64,000 nucleotides of DNA from Myxococcota bacterium. GTDB taxonomy: Bacteria > Myxococcota_A > UBA9160 > UBA6930. The stretch covers positions 320,001-384,000 of the forward strand of contig OZ245002.1 in assembly GCA_965223415.1 (NCBI GenBank). The letters run 5' to 3'. The translations under genes and the position numbers were made by a program. The notes below the pieces were generated by a model. The model searched no databases. It was not told where the DNA came from and worked only from the letters and a program-made list of their open reading frames with translations. How positions within the stretch are numbered: the stretch's first letter is position 1; the number at the start of each line of letters is the position of its first letter. Positions 1-10,567 of this stretch are shown here, piece by piece.

Positions 1-990
1 GCCGAGCGCCCCCATCCGTGCGAGGACGAGGTCCCGGCGCCCCTGTGCCCGCTCCGGATGCCGGGCGGGCGCATAACGACTCGGGCCGCGGATGAGCGCG
101 GCCAGCAGGGCCGACTCGGCCACGTCGAGGTCCCCCGCCGGCTTGCGGAAGTGGTGGCGCGCGCCAGCGCCGACGCCGTGCACGGCCACACCGCCGCGCT
201 GCCCCAGGTACACCTCGTTCAGGTAGGTCTCGAGGATCCGGGCCTTCGCGTGGCGGCGCTCGAGGCGCAGGGCCATGGCCGCCTCCCGGAGCTTGCGTGA
301 GAACCGTCGCTCGCGGCTCAGGAAGCGGTTCTTCACCAGCTGCTGGGTGACGGTGCTGCCGCCCTCGACGATCCGGCCGGCACGCAGGTTCGCGACGAGC
401 GCGCCGCCGATGCGCACCGGGTCGAGGCCCCGGTGGCGGAAGAAGCGGTGATCCTCGATGGCGAGGACCGCGTCCACCAGGTGGGGCGGCAGGTCATGGA
501 GCCGGAGGGGCTCGCGATCGACGCGGGGCGCGCCCGCGAGCTGACCCAGCAGGGCCGGCTCGAGCCGCAGGGTGTCGAGGCGGCCGTCGCGGGTTTCCAT
601 CTCGGCGATGCGGCCGTCCGGGCTCAGCCGCAGCTCGACCGGCACGGCGCGGCCCCGTTGGCCGGGAACCAGGCGGCCCGGAAACGGGCGCCAGCCGATC
701 GCCCAGCGGCCCTCCCGCCGGGCAAAGGTGCCCGGGGCGACGGCCCGGGCGACTGCGCCCGGGACGGCTCCCGCCCCGACCGGCGCCGGCACCTCCCGGT
801 AGCCGGCAGCGCGCAGGTAGCCCGCCAGGTCGAGGACGTCCGGCCCGTCACCGAGGCGGAGCACCAGGGGCCGGCTCAGCAGCCGGGCGGGAACCTCGAG
901 ACGCGAGGCGTCGAGGTGCGCACCGCGGGCCAGGCCGGCACCGGTCCACAGGCCGGCGGCGCCGCCGAAGAGCAAGCCGAGGCTCAGCAT
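1..990 (-). CDS. mrcB: Class A penicillin-binding protein (PBP1B-like), N-terminal part; truncated at the window edge
   Basis: Not in the ORF track; translated by hand from ATG 990. It has an N-terminal TM (MLSLGLLFGGAAGLW), a UB2H-like region and GT51 motifs EDHRFFRHRG, GGSTVTQQLVKN, RKLREA and ILETYLNEVYLG. Confidence 0.85.
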   Translation of the reverse strand, partial: MLSLGLLFGGAAGLWTGAGLARGAHLDASRLEVPARLLSRPLVLRLGDGPDVLDLAGYLRAAGYREVPAPVGAGAVPGAVARAVAPGTFARREGRWAIGWRPFPGRLVPGQRGRAVPVELRLSPDGRIAEMETRDGRLDTLRLEPALLGQLAGAPRVDREPLRLHDLPPHLVDAVLAIEDHRFFRHRGLDPVRIGGALVANLRAGRIVEGGSTVTQQLVKNRFLSRERRFSRKLREAAMALRLERRHAKARILETYLNEVYLGQRGGVAVHGVGAGARHHFRKPAGDLDVAESALLAALIRGPSRYAPARHPERAQGRRDLVLARMGALG

Positions 991-1176
991 CAGGATCCGC
1001 GGGATCGTGGGATCCTCCCGGCCCTGAGACGCGGCTTCCGCCGCCTGGATTCACCCCTCTCGTGGCTCGGCCCGCGGCCCCGGCGCCCTGGGGCGGGCGC
1101 CCCGAAGCGCCGAAACCCTCAATGATCACGGGAGGTTTCCTTCCCGTCGGAATGCTGATAGGGTGGGCCGTCCGGT

Positions 1177-3444
1177 ATGGCTCATCCCCCCCAACGTCGG
1201 TTCGGTGTCTTCGCCCTGGGTCTGCTCGCATTGGCGGTGGGTGCCGCCAACTGCAGCCCGGTGCTGCCTGCCCTCGTCGCCAGCTTCCCGGCCGGCGGCG
1301 CAACCGTGGCCCGCACCGCCTGGCCGGTGCTCGACTTCGCTGGGACGGTCGACGGGAGCTCGCTCTCGCGGATCCGGCTGTCCTGCCAGGGCAGCACGGT
1401 CCCGGCCACCCGCGCGAAGCTCGATGCCGATACCGTCGTGGTTCAGCCCTCGGCCGTGATGCCGGCCGGAGCGGCCTGCCAGCTCGTGCTCGGCACCGGC
1501 GGCGGTGCCACCACCGTCGACTTCTTCACCGCCTCGGCGGGCCCGGCCTTCTCGGCGGTCCACGACCGGCGCGACCCGGACAAGCCCCTCCCCTTCCCGG
1601 ACGACTTCATGACCGTGTCCGATCCCTCCACGGCCACAGGGCTGCGGCCGGATCTCCTGCTGCCGAACCCGGGCGGCACCGCCGCGGGGCTGCTCACCAG
1701 CCTGGGCGGGGTCGCCGAGACCGAGAGCGACGGCTGGAGCCCCATTGGCCATCTGGCCGTGCAGCTCTCGGGCGCGCCGGACCCGGCCAGCCTCCCGACG
1801 GATCGGGACGCCTCGATGGACCCGCTGGGTACGGTGGCCCTGCTCGACCTCACGCCCGGAAGCCCGAGCTTCGGCGCCCGCATTCCCTTCCAGCTGATCC
1901 CGCGCTCCGACACGTTGCCGGGTGAGCCCCTCGTCCACGCCCTCGTCCTCTCGCCGGGCATCGCCCTCGATCCCCTCGGCGTCTACGGGCTCGTGGTGAC
2001 GGACCGGGTCCTCGACGGCGCTGGGGAGCCCCTGGCCCGCTCGTCCTTCGGCGCTGCCGTCGCCGGGCCGTTCGTCCCCGGGGAGGACCCGGAGATCACG
2101 GAGGCGCGCACCCTCGCCGAAGACGTGCTGGGCGTCGCCGAGACCCTCTCCCCGGTTCCGATCCTTCGCGACGACGTGGTGCTCGCCATCCGCCTGACCA
2201 TCCGCAGCACCGATGCCTTCGTCGACGACCCGCTGGCGATGCGCCAGGAGGTGCTCGCCACGGCGCCGAACGTCGTCGTCACCAGCGTGCAGACCAGCGG
2301 CGACCCGAACGTCGCGGCCTTCGTGTTCGGAACCTTCGACGCGCCGAGCTGGCTCGACCCGCTCTACCTCCAGCGCGACGCCCAGGGCGTGCCCATGGCC
2401 TCGGGAACCCAGAGCATCCCCTTCATCCTGGCCCTGCCGACGAGCGCGGCCACCAGCGGCCTCGCCCCGGTCGTGATGTACCAGCACGGCAACCCGGGCG
2501 ACGCCGAGTCCGAGGTTCCCGGCGCCGCCGCCAGCTTCCTCGCCGCCGACGGCTTCGCGGTCGCGGGCTTCACGGATCCCATCAACCGGAGCTTCCCGAC
2601 GATCGACCAGCAGCAGACGGTGATCTTCGCCAACACCGTGCTGAACGGGAAGGCGCCGGAGTTCTACCTCGCGACCTACGCGGAGCAGATGGCCTTCGTC
2701 ACTGCCCTGCAGGCGATGGCGACCCTCGACGTGCTGCCCGTGGGAGCGCCGGACGGAACCCCCGACCTCGACCCGAGCACCCTCGTGTACGAGGGCATCA
2801 GCTACGGCTCCACCCACGCCCAGGCCTTCCTGGCCTACGAGCCCGACATCGCCGCCGCGGCGCTGGTGGCGGGCGCCGTCCGCCTGGGCGAGCTGCTCGA
2901 GCACCAGGATCGCACGACGCCGACCGGCGGGCCGCCGTTCCTGACCGTCTCGCTCCCGAGCCTGCTCACCGGTGTGCGCGCGCCGGACATGTGGATGGCC
3001 CTGCAGCTCTTCGCCGTCTCCTACGACCCCCAGGATCCCCACAACCACGCCCGCTTCCTCTACCAGTCGCCGGTCTCGGTGGGCGGCACCACCCAGAAGG
3101 CCTCCCTGCTGGTGGTCGAGGGGATCGAGGACAGCTTCACCGCGAACAACTCCACCCGCTCCCTGGCCCGGCAGCTCGGCGGCATCCCCCAGCTGGCGAC
3201 GGCGGTGGTGCGGGTGGCGGACCTGCCCGAGCAGGCCGGGCCGATCCAGGCGAACGTGGATGCGACCACGACGGCGGCCATGGTCCAGTACGCGCCGGAC
3301 GGCCTGGGCACACCACCGCCGTCACCGGGCTGTGTCGGCCAGACCGAGGGCCACTTCTGCGCCCAGAGTGCCCAGGAGGCCCGCGATCAGCGGGCGGCCT
3401 TCTATCAGAGCGCGCTGGTGGGCGTTCCGGTGATCGACGACTAG
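1177..3444 (+). CDS. Secreted/lipoprotein alpha/beta-hydrolase (extracellular lipase-like) with N-terminal Ig-like domain
   Basis: Signal peptide ending AANC, an Ig-like N-terminus, YQHGNPG, a GISYG (GxSxG) nucleophile elbow, and candidate catalytic Asp (GIED) and His (EGHFC). Confidence 0.7.
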   Translation: MAHPPQRRFGVFALGLLALAVGAANCSPVLPALVASFPAGGATVARTAWPVLDFAGTVDGSSLSRIRLSCQGSTVPATRAKLDADTVVVQPSAVMPAGAACQLVLGTGGGATTVDFFTASAGPAFSAVHDRRDPDKPLPFPDDFMTVSDPSTATGLRPDLLLPNPGGTAAGLLTSLGGVAETESDGWSPIGHLAVQLSGAPDPASLPTDRDASMDPLGTVALLDLTPGSPSFGARIPFQLIPRSDTLPGEPLVHALVLSPGIALDPLGVYGLVVTDRVLDGAGEPLARSSFGAAVAGPFVPGEDPEITEARTLAEDVLGVAETLSPVPILRDDVVLAIRLTIRSTDAFVDDPLAMRQEVLATAPNVVVTSVQTSGDPNVAAFVFGTFDAPSWLDPLYLQRDAQGVPMASGTQSIPFILALPTSAATSGLAPVVMYQHGNPGDAESEVPGAAASFLAADGFAVAGFTDPINRSFPTIDQQQTVIFANTVLNGKAPEFYLATYAEQMAFVTALQAMATLDVLPVGAPDGTPDLDPSTLVYEGISYGSTHAQAFLAYEPDIAAAALVAGAVRLGELLEHQDRTTPTGGPPFLTVSLPSLLTGVRAPDMWMALQLFAVSYDPQDPHNHARFLYQSPVSVGGTTQKASLLVVEGIEDSFTANNSTRSLARQLGGIPQLATAVVRVADLPEQAGPIQANVDATTTAAMVQYAPDGLGTPPPSPGCVGQTEGHFCAQSAQEARDQRAAFYQSALVGVPVIDD

Positions 3445-3521
3445 AGCCGGTCTCAGAAATGTGAAACGCGTACCGGCCTTCCTCGGAGAGACGGGCGCGC
3501 TGGATATCTCTGGGACGAGCG

Positions 3522-4397
3522 CTAGGCGTCGTCCTCGCGTTCGTGTTCGGATTCGTCGGCGCCGCCGGCCTCCTCGGCGTCGTCGGCGTCGTGAGCCTCC
3601 AGGAAGGCCTCGAGGGACGCGAGCAGGTTCTGGGTGTCGTCCTGGAACGACGAGAACAGCTCGTGCAGCCGCTGGGCGAAGACCAGGAAGGGCGCCGAGA
3701 CGTCCGCATCGGCGGCGTCCGCGGAGACGGCTTGCGCGGGCTCCGCCCCCGCCGCGTCCTGCGTGGGCTCCGCGGCGGGCGCGGCCGCGGCCGCCTCCGG
3801 CAAGGGCTCCGTCGGCGCGGCAGCGGGCCTCGCGACCGGCGCGGTGGCCCCGGTCGACCCGCTCGGTGCCCCGCCGGTTCTCGCGCCCAGGAAGGCCAGC
3901 CGCGCGGAGATCATGTCCGCCAGGCCGCGACCCAGGTGATCGGCGAGCCGGTGGAGCACGTCGGGCGCGGCAGCGACCAGCTCCCCCACGTCGGCCTCTC
4001 CGTTGCGGGCTGCCGCGTGGAGCTCCCCGCGGAAGGCCCGCAGCTCCTGACGCTCGGCGCGATGCAGGTCCGCCAGGCCGGATTGGAGCCGACCGCGGAT
4101 GCTGAGCTGGAGCCCGCGTGCGCCGATCCGGTGGGCGTGGCCTCGGCCGTGTCCGCGGCGCAGCTCGACCCGGCCGGCGGCCTCGCGGGAACGCAGCTCT
4201 TCGCCTGCGGGCCGCTCGGCGGCGAGCTCCGCGCGACGCTGGGGCCGGCGCGCTGCGCGGACCGCGTCCTCCGACGGTCGCTCCGTCTGCAGGCCGCGAC
4301 GGATTCCGTCGCGGACGCGCTCCTGGATGCCTCGGACGTTGCGCGTCGGGGTCGACGCAGGGGCATGGCCGTGGTGGCCGTGGGCTTCGATTCGCAT
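3522..4397 (-). CDS. Hypothetical Ala/Arg/Glu-rich helical protein
   Basis: ATG with GGAGG RBS; fills the gap between neighbours; no recognisable motif. Confidence 0.55.
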   Translation of the reverse strand: MRIEAHGHHGHAPASTPTRNVRGIQERVRDGIRRGLQTERPSEDAVRAARRPQRRAELAAERPAGEELRSREAAGRVELRRGHGRGHAHRIGARGLQLSIRGRLQSGLADLHRAERQELRAFRGELHAAARNGEADVGELVAAAPDVLHRLADHLGRGLADMISARLAFLGARTGGAPSGSTGATAPVARPAAAPTEPLPEAAAAAPAAEPTQDAAGAEPAQAVSADAADADVSAPFLVFAQRLHELFSSFQDDTQNLLASLEAFLEAHDADDAEEAGGADESEHEREDDA

Positions 4398-4664
4398 GGG
4401 GGGTGCCTCCGAGCCTTCCTCTCGGCCGACCGGCGCCGGTCCCTCACCGGCGAACCCCGGAGCCCGTGGCTGGATCGAATGCCCCGAGGGCCGGATCCCT
4501 CAGCCGCGGGCCTCCTCCGCCTCGGGCGGCGGTGCCCCTTCGGGCGGTGACGGCGTCGAGCCGGGCGCAGCAGGACGGCCCTCGAACTCCTCCACGGTCA
4601 TGAAGTAGACGCCGGCGCTGTCCTCGTCGCGGATGCGCTCCTTGGCCGGACGCCCCATCGGGCG

Positions 4665-5309
4665 CTACTGGGAGAGCCCTTCGAGGAACGCGTCGGCCTC
4701 GCGGATGGCGGCGTTCATCTCCGCCACGAGCACACGGACGTCGCTCTCGATCTGCGCGGCATCGCCCTCCAGGGAGGCAATCGCCGAGGCGTTCAGGTTG
4801 TGCTTCAGGAAGAGGACGTGGTCGCGGAACGCGGTGAGCACGGGCTCCATGCGGCCTTCCGCCTTTCGCATGGCGGCGATCAGACGCGCGTAGCGGCGCT
4901 GCGTCTGCTTCAGCTGATCGCCGCTGCGCCGGCGCAGGTCGGCCCGGGAGATCTCCGCCAGCTCCCCCTCCCACTCCTCGAAGAGATCCTCGGCGACGGT
5001 TTCGATCGAGGCGATGCGCTCGCCGACGGCCACCGCCTTGGCCTCGCTCGCCTCGAAGGCGGCGCTGAGCTCGTGGTAGCGATCCTCGAGCTCACCGCCC
5101 TCGAAGCCCGTCAGGGCCTGGAAGCGTTCGAGTGCGTCCTGGAACTGGGCCTGGGCCTCCTGCTGCTCCTCCCGCCCGTCCTCGACCCGGGATGCGAGGA
5201 TGTGTCGCTTCTCGCGCCCGAACCCCTCCATGACGTCGTAGTAGACGCTGCGGCAGGCGGGCAGCAGAGCAACGAGGACGAGGCCGAGGATCATCGAGCG
5301 AGTCGCCAT
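4665..5309 (-). CDS. DUF2959-family lipoprotein
   Basis: Lipobox LPAC, followed by YYDVMEGFGREKRHILASRV...Q...QF and VLFLKHNLNA.AIASL, which are typical of the family. Confidence 0.8.
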   Translation of the reverse strand: MATRSMILGLVLVALLPACRSVYYDVMEGFGREKRHILASRVEDGREEQQEAQAQFQDALERFQALTGFEGGELEDRYHELSAAFEASEAKAVAVGERIASIETVAEDLFEEWEGELAEISRADLRRRSGDQLKQTQRRYARLIAAMRKAEGRMEPVLTAFRDHVLFLKHNLNASAIASLEGDAAQIESDVRVLVAEMNAAIREADAFLEGLSQ

Positions 5310-5337
5310 GGCCCCCGCAGCCTAGCGGGCCGCGGCT

Positions 5338-6843
5338 CTAGGTGGGCTCGAACCGCAGACGATCCCCGTCGGGGTGGACCCGGCCCCGGCTTCCCACCTT
5401 CTCCCGGCTCACGAAGAGATCGAGGACGCCCGGATCCGCGGGCAGCTGCGCCAGGAAGCGCTCGCCGGCGTCGCTGGTTCCGACGACCACGCCCCGGGCG
5501 AGAGCGCCCTCGCGATCGTAGAGCACCGTGTAGGCGTCGACGTTGGCGGCGCCCGAGGCGTCGTCTCGCACGTCCAGGGGCTTCGGTCCCACCTGGACCG
5601 GGGCCTCGACCGGCGCACCGACCGGCTGGGTGGGCGGGCGCGTGGACCATACGCAGCCGGCGTGCTTGGTGAGGTACCAGCCGTTGCCGGTGGTCAAGCC
5701 GAGGCTTCCGTCGCCGTCACGCAAGCGGGCGGCCATCGCGGCGACGCCGTGCATCGCGTAGTTGCTGCCCGGTCCGCCGTGGTAGGGGAGCCCGCCGGTC
5801 ACGGTGAGGCCCCGCGCGTCGTCCTCGGCCACGCCGTAGGCTTCACAGGCCATCTCCACGGCCACCGGGAAGCAGCTGTAGAAGTCGATCGCGTCCAGGG
5901 CGCCGGGCTCGACCCGGGCCCGGGCCAGCACGCGCCGGGCACACTCCTCGAGGGCCGGAGAGCGCCCGAGGGCCGCACGCTGGCTCACGTACCACGCGCG
6001 TTCCTCGGTGTGCGCACCGCCCCTCCAATAGAGCAAGCGGTCCTCGGGGATGCCCCGCGCCCGCGCCGCGGCGGCCGAGCACAGGATCACCGCGGCACCC
6101 TGATCCGTGTCGAGTACCGCGTTCAGGTACTTCGGGTAGGGGTGCGCGATCATGCGGTTGGCGGGCGTCACGGTCACCAGCTCTTCCGCCGAGCGCTCGA
6201 CGGGGAACCAGGCGTAGGGGTTGCCGGCGGCGACGCGGGTGAAGGGTGCCATCAGCTCGCCCAGGGCGCGCAGGTGCGTCTGGGGGCTGCGGCCCCGGCG
6301 CGCGCGGGTCGCGGTCTCGAGGAGCGGATAGAAGGAGATCGGCTGATCGAGGCCGTACCGGGCCTCCCGCTCGTCGTGGCCCATGCGAAAGGTGCCGATG
6401 CGGTCGGGCTCGTCGCCGCTGCCGCTCCGGGCGAGCCAGGGCAGGCCGCGACCCTCGCGCTCGGCGAGGCGCAGGGTCCGCATCGGGTTCAGTCCGGCGA
6501 GCAGGGCGACCTGGCTGCGGCCGGCGGCGATCCGCTCGGCCGCGGCGTTCACCAGCAGGATCGCCGCTTCGCCGCCGTTGGCGGTCTCGAGAAAGCTGCG
6601 GGCCCTCGCGCCCAGCCGTTCGGCCAGAGCGCGAGGGCCGTTCCGCGGTCGCCATCCCGCGACGGGCACGAGCCCCACCGTGTCCACGGCATCGAGGAGC
6701 TTGTCATCGGCCCGGGCATCCCTGGCGGCCCCACGGGCCACGCCCTCGAGCACCGAGAGGGGCTCGAGGACATCGTCCAGGGACGCATTGCGCTGGATCC
6801 ACTGAGCCGCGCCGACCAGGACCGGCAAGCGCTCGTCGTTCAC
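5338..6843 (-). CDS. Acetyl-CoA acetyltransferase (thiolase-like) family protein
   Basis: Start moved to GTG 6843 (VNDERLPVLVG). Motifs NRMIAHPYPKYLNA, DQGAAVIL, DFYSCFPVAV, TVTGGLPYHGGPGSNY, GNGWYLTKH. Confidence 0.85.
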   Translation of the reverse strand: MNDERLPVLVGAAQWIQRNASLDDVLEPLSVLEGVARGAARDARADDKLLDAVDTVGLVPVAGWRPRNGPRALAERLGARARSFLETANGGEAAILLVNAAAERIAAGRSQVALLAGLNPMRTLRLAEREGRGLPWLARSGSGDEPDRIGTFRMGHDEREARYGLDQPISFYPLLETATRARRGRSPQTHLRALGELMAPFTRVAAGNPYAWFPVERSAEELVTVTPANRMIAHPYPKYLNAVLDTDQGAAVILCSAAAARARGIPEDRLLYWRGGAHTEERAWYVSQRAALGRSPALEECARRVLARARVEPGALDAIDFYSCFPVAVEMACEAYGVAEDDARGLTVTGGLPYHGGPGSNYAMHGVAAMAARLRDGDGSLGLTTGNGWYLTKHAGCVWSTRPPTQPVGAPVEAPVQVGPKPLDVRDDASGAANVDAYTVLYDREGALARGVVVGTSDAGERFLAQLPADPGVLDLFVSREKVGSRGRVHPDGDRLRFEPT

Positions 6844-7070
6844 GGGTGGCCTCCGCTCGAGGGGAGGCCGCGGGGCCCCCCTCCCCGCCTCCGGAGAGAG
6901 CAAGCGCCATGCCGCGGGGGCGCAGCGCTGGCGCCGGGAGGCCCGGCGAGACGAAGCACGGGGCCCAACCCGCCCCCCGGCCTGCGGCACCTCGCCCCAG
7001 CCAGGCGGCGGAGAGCGAGCCTCGATCCGCCCTGCGTGGTACGGAACATGCGAAACGGCACACCGGGAGG

Positions 7071-8297
7071 ATGACACGCATGGATGGTCTTCGTCTGATC
7101 GACCCCGCGGCCTACGCGAGCTCCGGCTATCCCCACGAGGAATGGGCAGCACTTCGTCGGAAGCCCCTCCAGTTCTTCGATCCGCCGGGCTGGCAGAGCT
7201 TCTGGGCGGTGACCCGCCACGCGGACATCGTGGAGGTCTCGAAGCAGCCGGACCGCTTCCTGAACGCGCCCGGCATGACCCTGGTCCGCGACGACATCGA
7301 CCGGGGAAGCTTCATGGAGATGCGGACCATCATCAACATGGATCCGCCTGACCATCGCAAGTTCCGCAAGGTGGCGAGCCCGTGGTTCACGCCTCGGGCC
7401 CTCGAGCGGCTCGACGGGCTGGTCGAGAAGACCGCTCGAGAGATCGTGGACGGCCTCGGCGCCGAGGGCGAGTGCGACTTCATCACCGAGGTGGCCTCGA
7501 TCCACCCGCTCAAGATCATCGCGCGCATTCTGGGCGTGCCGGAGGAGGACGAGCCCTTCATCCTGCGCGTCACGAACGAGCTGTTCGGCGCCGAGGATCC
7601 GGAGTTCCGTCGCGGCGAAGACCGGGAGGCGAACATCCGCGAGCTCGGCGCCGAGTTCTTCGAGTACTTCACCAAGGTGCTCGAGGCGCGGCGCAAGGAG
7701 CCCTCGGACGACCTGGTGAGCATCATCGCCAACGCCCAGGTGGACGGCGCGCCCATGGGGGTGGTCGAGACCATGGGCTACTGCCTGATCACCTTCACCG
7801 CCGGACACGAGACCACCCGAGGCGCCATCGGAGGCGGAATGCGGGCGCTGATCGAGCGCCCGGAGCAGCGCGCGCACTGGGCGAGGGAGCCCGAGCTGAC
7901 GCCGCTCGCGATCGACGAGATCATCCGCTTCGTCACGCCGGTCAACACCATGGTGCGTACGGCGACCGAGGACTACGAGCTCGGCGGGGCGACGGTCTCG
8001 GCGGGTGACCGGCTGGTCCTCTTCTACGCCTCGGCCAATCGGGACGATGCGGTGTTCGACGCGCCGGACGAGCTCCGGCTCGACCGGCATCCGAACCCGC
8101 ACCTGGCCTTCGGGATCGGCGAGCACTTCTGCCTCGGCGCCCACCTGGCCCGCAAGACCAGCGGCTCGCTCTTCCGGGAGCTGGTGCCGCGGCTCCGGGA
8201 GATCGAGCCCCTGGCCGAGCCCCAGCGGACCGCCTCGAACCTGGTGCCGGGCATCAAGCACCTGCCCATCCGCTACGCCATCGCGCCGGGAGCCTGA
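7071..8297 (+). CDS. Cytochrome P450
   Basis: Start at ATG 7071 (or 7080). MDPPDHRKFR, I-helix AGHETT, ExxR (EIIR), heme ligand motif FGIGEHFCLG. Confidence 0.95.
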   Translation: MTRMDGLRLIDPAAYASSGYPHEEWAALRRKPLQFFDPPGWQSFWAVTRHADIVEVSKQPDRFLNAPGMTLVRDDIDRGSFMEMRTIINMDPPDHRKFRKVASPWFTPRALERLDGLVEKTAREIVDGLGAEGECDFITEVASIHPLKIIARILGVPEEDEPFILRVTNELFGAEDPEFRRGEDREANIRELGAEFFEYFTKVLEARRKEPSDDLVSIIANAQVDGAPMGVVETMGYCLITFTAGHETTRGAIGGGMRALIERPEQRAHWAREPELTPLAIDEIIRFVTPVNTMVRTATEDYELGGATVSAGDRLVLFYASANRDDAVFDAPDELRLDRHPNPHLAFGIGEHFCLGAHLARKTSGSLFRELVPRLREIEPLAEPQRTASNLVPGIKHLPIRYAIAPGA

Positions 8298-8331
8298 CCT
8301 TCCGCAACCTCCTTCCTCCGGGCGGGTTGGA

Positions 8332-8363
8332 GATGCAGGCTGGGAACCATCCCGGCCTGCATC
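8332..8363. terminator. Intergenic hairpin (14-bp stem, 4-nt loop): terminator of the P450 gene or a regulatory site
   Basis: GATGCAGGCTGGGA-acca-TCCCGGCCTGCATC, with one G-U position; no U-tract. Confidence 0.4.
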
Positions 8364-8381
8364 CCGATGGAAGGAGACGTC

Positions 8382-8864
8382 ATGCGCACGCTGCGCCCTG
8401 CCCTGGTTTCCCTGTTCCTGGTCCTCGTGGCCGCGCCCGGCCTCGCCCAGTCGACGACGGAGGTCGAGATCGATCGATCGCCGGACGAGCTGGCCCGCGT
8501 GCTCGTCGACCCGGTCGATCCGAACGATCCGGACGCGGTGGACAGCGCCCTGGTCTTCACCAGCCAGGGGGGGCCCGCCGCGGTCCGCTGCACGGCCCGA
8601 GACGGCCACGGCGATGCGATCGGCAGCCCCGTGATCGTGGCCGTCCCCGCCGGCGGCCTGCGCTGGATCCGCGCGTCGGATCTCTCGAACGGCGCCGACT
8701 TCATCGGCGGCGCCCACTGCACGAGCCTGGGCCCGGTCATCGGCTCGGGCTTCGTCGTGGGCCCGCGGGGCGCGACCGACCTGCGCGTGCGCGAGCATCG
8801 CAAGAGCGGCCGGGGCAAGCGCTACGTCGACCACCTGCGCTTCCCGGTCGTCGCCAGCGACTGA
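8382..8864 (+). CDS. Secreted hypothetical protein (paralog of 42940..43443)
   Basis: AAGGAG RBS before ATG 8382; signal peptide ending GLA-Q; two conserved Cys. Confidence 0.75.
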   Translation: MRTLRPALVSLFLVLVAAPGLAQSTTEVEIDRSPDELARVLVDPVDPNDPDAVDSALVFTSQGGPAAVRCTARDGHGDAIGSPVIVAVPAGGLRWIRASDLSNGADFIGGAHCTSLGPVIGSGFVVGPRGATDLRVREHRKSGRGKRYVDHLRFPVVASD

Positions 8865-9033
8865 AGCCCTTCGAGGCGCGGATCGGCGCCCCACCCGCCG
8901 ACCCGCGCCTCTCGGGCGATGCCACTTCCCCCCAAAATGCCCCTGACTCACGTTCAGGGAAATCTGCCTACCCTCCCTTGAGCGCCTCCTCGAACATGGC
9001 GACCATCACGGCTCGCCACGAGGAGACGCAATC

Positions 9034-9480
9034 ATGGGTTTGTTCGATTTCGTGAAGGAAGCCGGCGAGGGGCTGATGGATCAGCTCGGCAAGGGCTTCA
9101 AGGACGATTCGGCGGCGGTCCAGAAGAAGGTCGAGGATCTCGATCTCGGCCTCGAAGGGCTCCGGATCGAGGTGGACGGCGAGAAGGCCGTCGTGAAGGG
9201 GAAGGCCGCCGACCAGGGGGCCAAGGAGAAGGCGGTCATCGCCGTGGGCAACACGCCCGGTATCGCCCAGGTGGACGACCAGGTGGAGGTCGACGCTCCG
9301 GCGGCGGAATCCCAGTACTACAAGGTCGTGAGCGGTGACTCGCTCTCGAAGATCGCCAAGGAGTTCTACGGGGACGCCATGAAGTACCCGGTGATCTTCG
9401 AGGCCAACCAACCCATGCTGAAGGACCCGGACAAGATCTACCCGGGCCAGGTCCTGCGCATTCCGCCGCTCGAGGGCTAG
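9034..9480 (+). CDS. BON+LysM protein (Kbp/YgaU-like)
   Basis: MGLFDFVKEAGE N-terminus, a BON domain, and LysM YKVVSGDSLSKIAKEFYG...IFEAN..MLKDPDKIYPGQVLRIP. Confidence 0.92.
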   Translation: MGLFDFVKEAGEGLMDQLGKGFKDDSAAVQKKVEDLDLGLEGLRIEVDGEKAVVKGKAADQGAKEKAVIAVGNTPGIAQVDDQVEVDAPAAESQYYKVVSGDSLSKIAKEFYGDAMKYPVIFEANQPMLKDPDKIYPGQVLRIPPLEG

Positions 9481-9492
9481 AGGAGACCCCCC

Positions 9493-9933
9493 ATGAAGCT
9501 CTGGACGCTCTGCATCCTGGTGTTCGCGCTCGCCATGCCCCTCGGTTGCGGCCGCGACGAAGCGAAGAACATGGCCGACGAGGCCGCGGCTACGGCGGGC
9601 GACGCCATGGACGCGGCCCAGGACGCCGCCGCCGGCGCGGCCGAAGCCGCCGGCGACGCGGCGGCCGCCGCGGGCGAGGCCGCCGGCAACGCCGCAGCCG
9701 CCGCGGGCGAGGCCGCGGACACGATGGCCCAGGAGGCCCAGGACGCGGTGGCCGGCGCCGCCGAGGCGGTCGGCGAAGCGGCGGGCGATGACGCGGTCGC
9801 CGCCTGCCGGGCGCTCGCGGACGCGGGCAACTGGGGCGAGGCCCTCGAGGTGTGCCAGAAGGCCCACGAGCTCCTGCCGGACGATCTCGCCATCGAGCAC
9901 GCACTGCAGCAGGCCCAGGCCGCCGCCGAATAG
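9493..9933 (+). CDS. Ala-rich lipoprotein with C-terminal TPR-like helix pair
   Basis: Lipobox PLGC; imperfect Ala-rich repeats (AGDAA/AGEAA); AGGAG RBS. Confidence 0.75.
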   Translation: MKLWTLCILVFALAMPLGCGRDEAKNMADEAAATAGDAMDAAQDAAAGAAEAAGDAAAAAGEAAGNAAAAAGEAADTMAQEAQDAVAGAAEAVGEAAGDDAVAACRALADAGNWGEALEVCQKAHELLPDDLAIEHALQQAQAAAE

Positions 9934-9944
9934 CACCGCTTGAT

Positions 9945-9980
9945 CTCCGCCGGCCGGCTCGCGAGACTCGGCCGGCGGAG
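9945..9980 (+). terminator. GC-rich hairpin after the lipoprotein gene
   Basis: CTCCGCCGGCCG-N12-CGGCCGGCGGAG, a perfect 12-bp stem; no U-tract. Confidence 0.45.
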
Positions 9981-9985
9981 CACCG

Positions 9986-10567
<582 letters not shown>

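Noticed and set aside
4428..4441. Perfect 14-bp palindrome GACCGGCGCCGGTC upstream of 4397
   Set aside because: It is a single, almost all-GC copy, plausible by chance, and no second instance was noticed.
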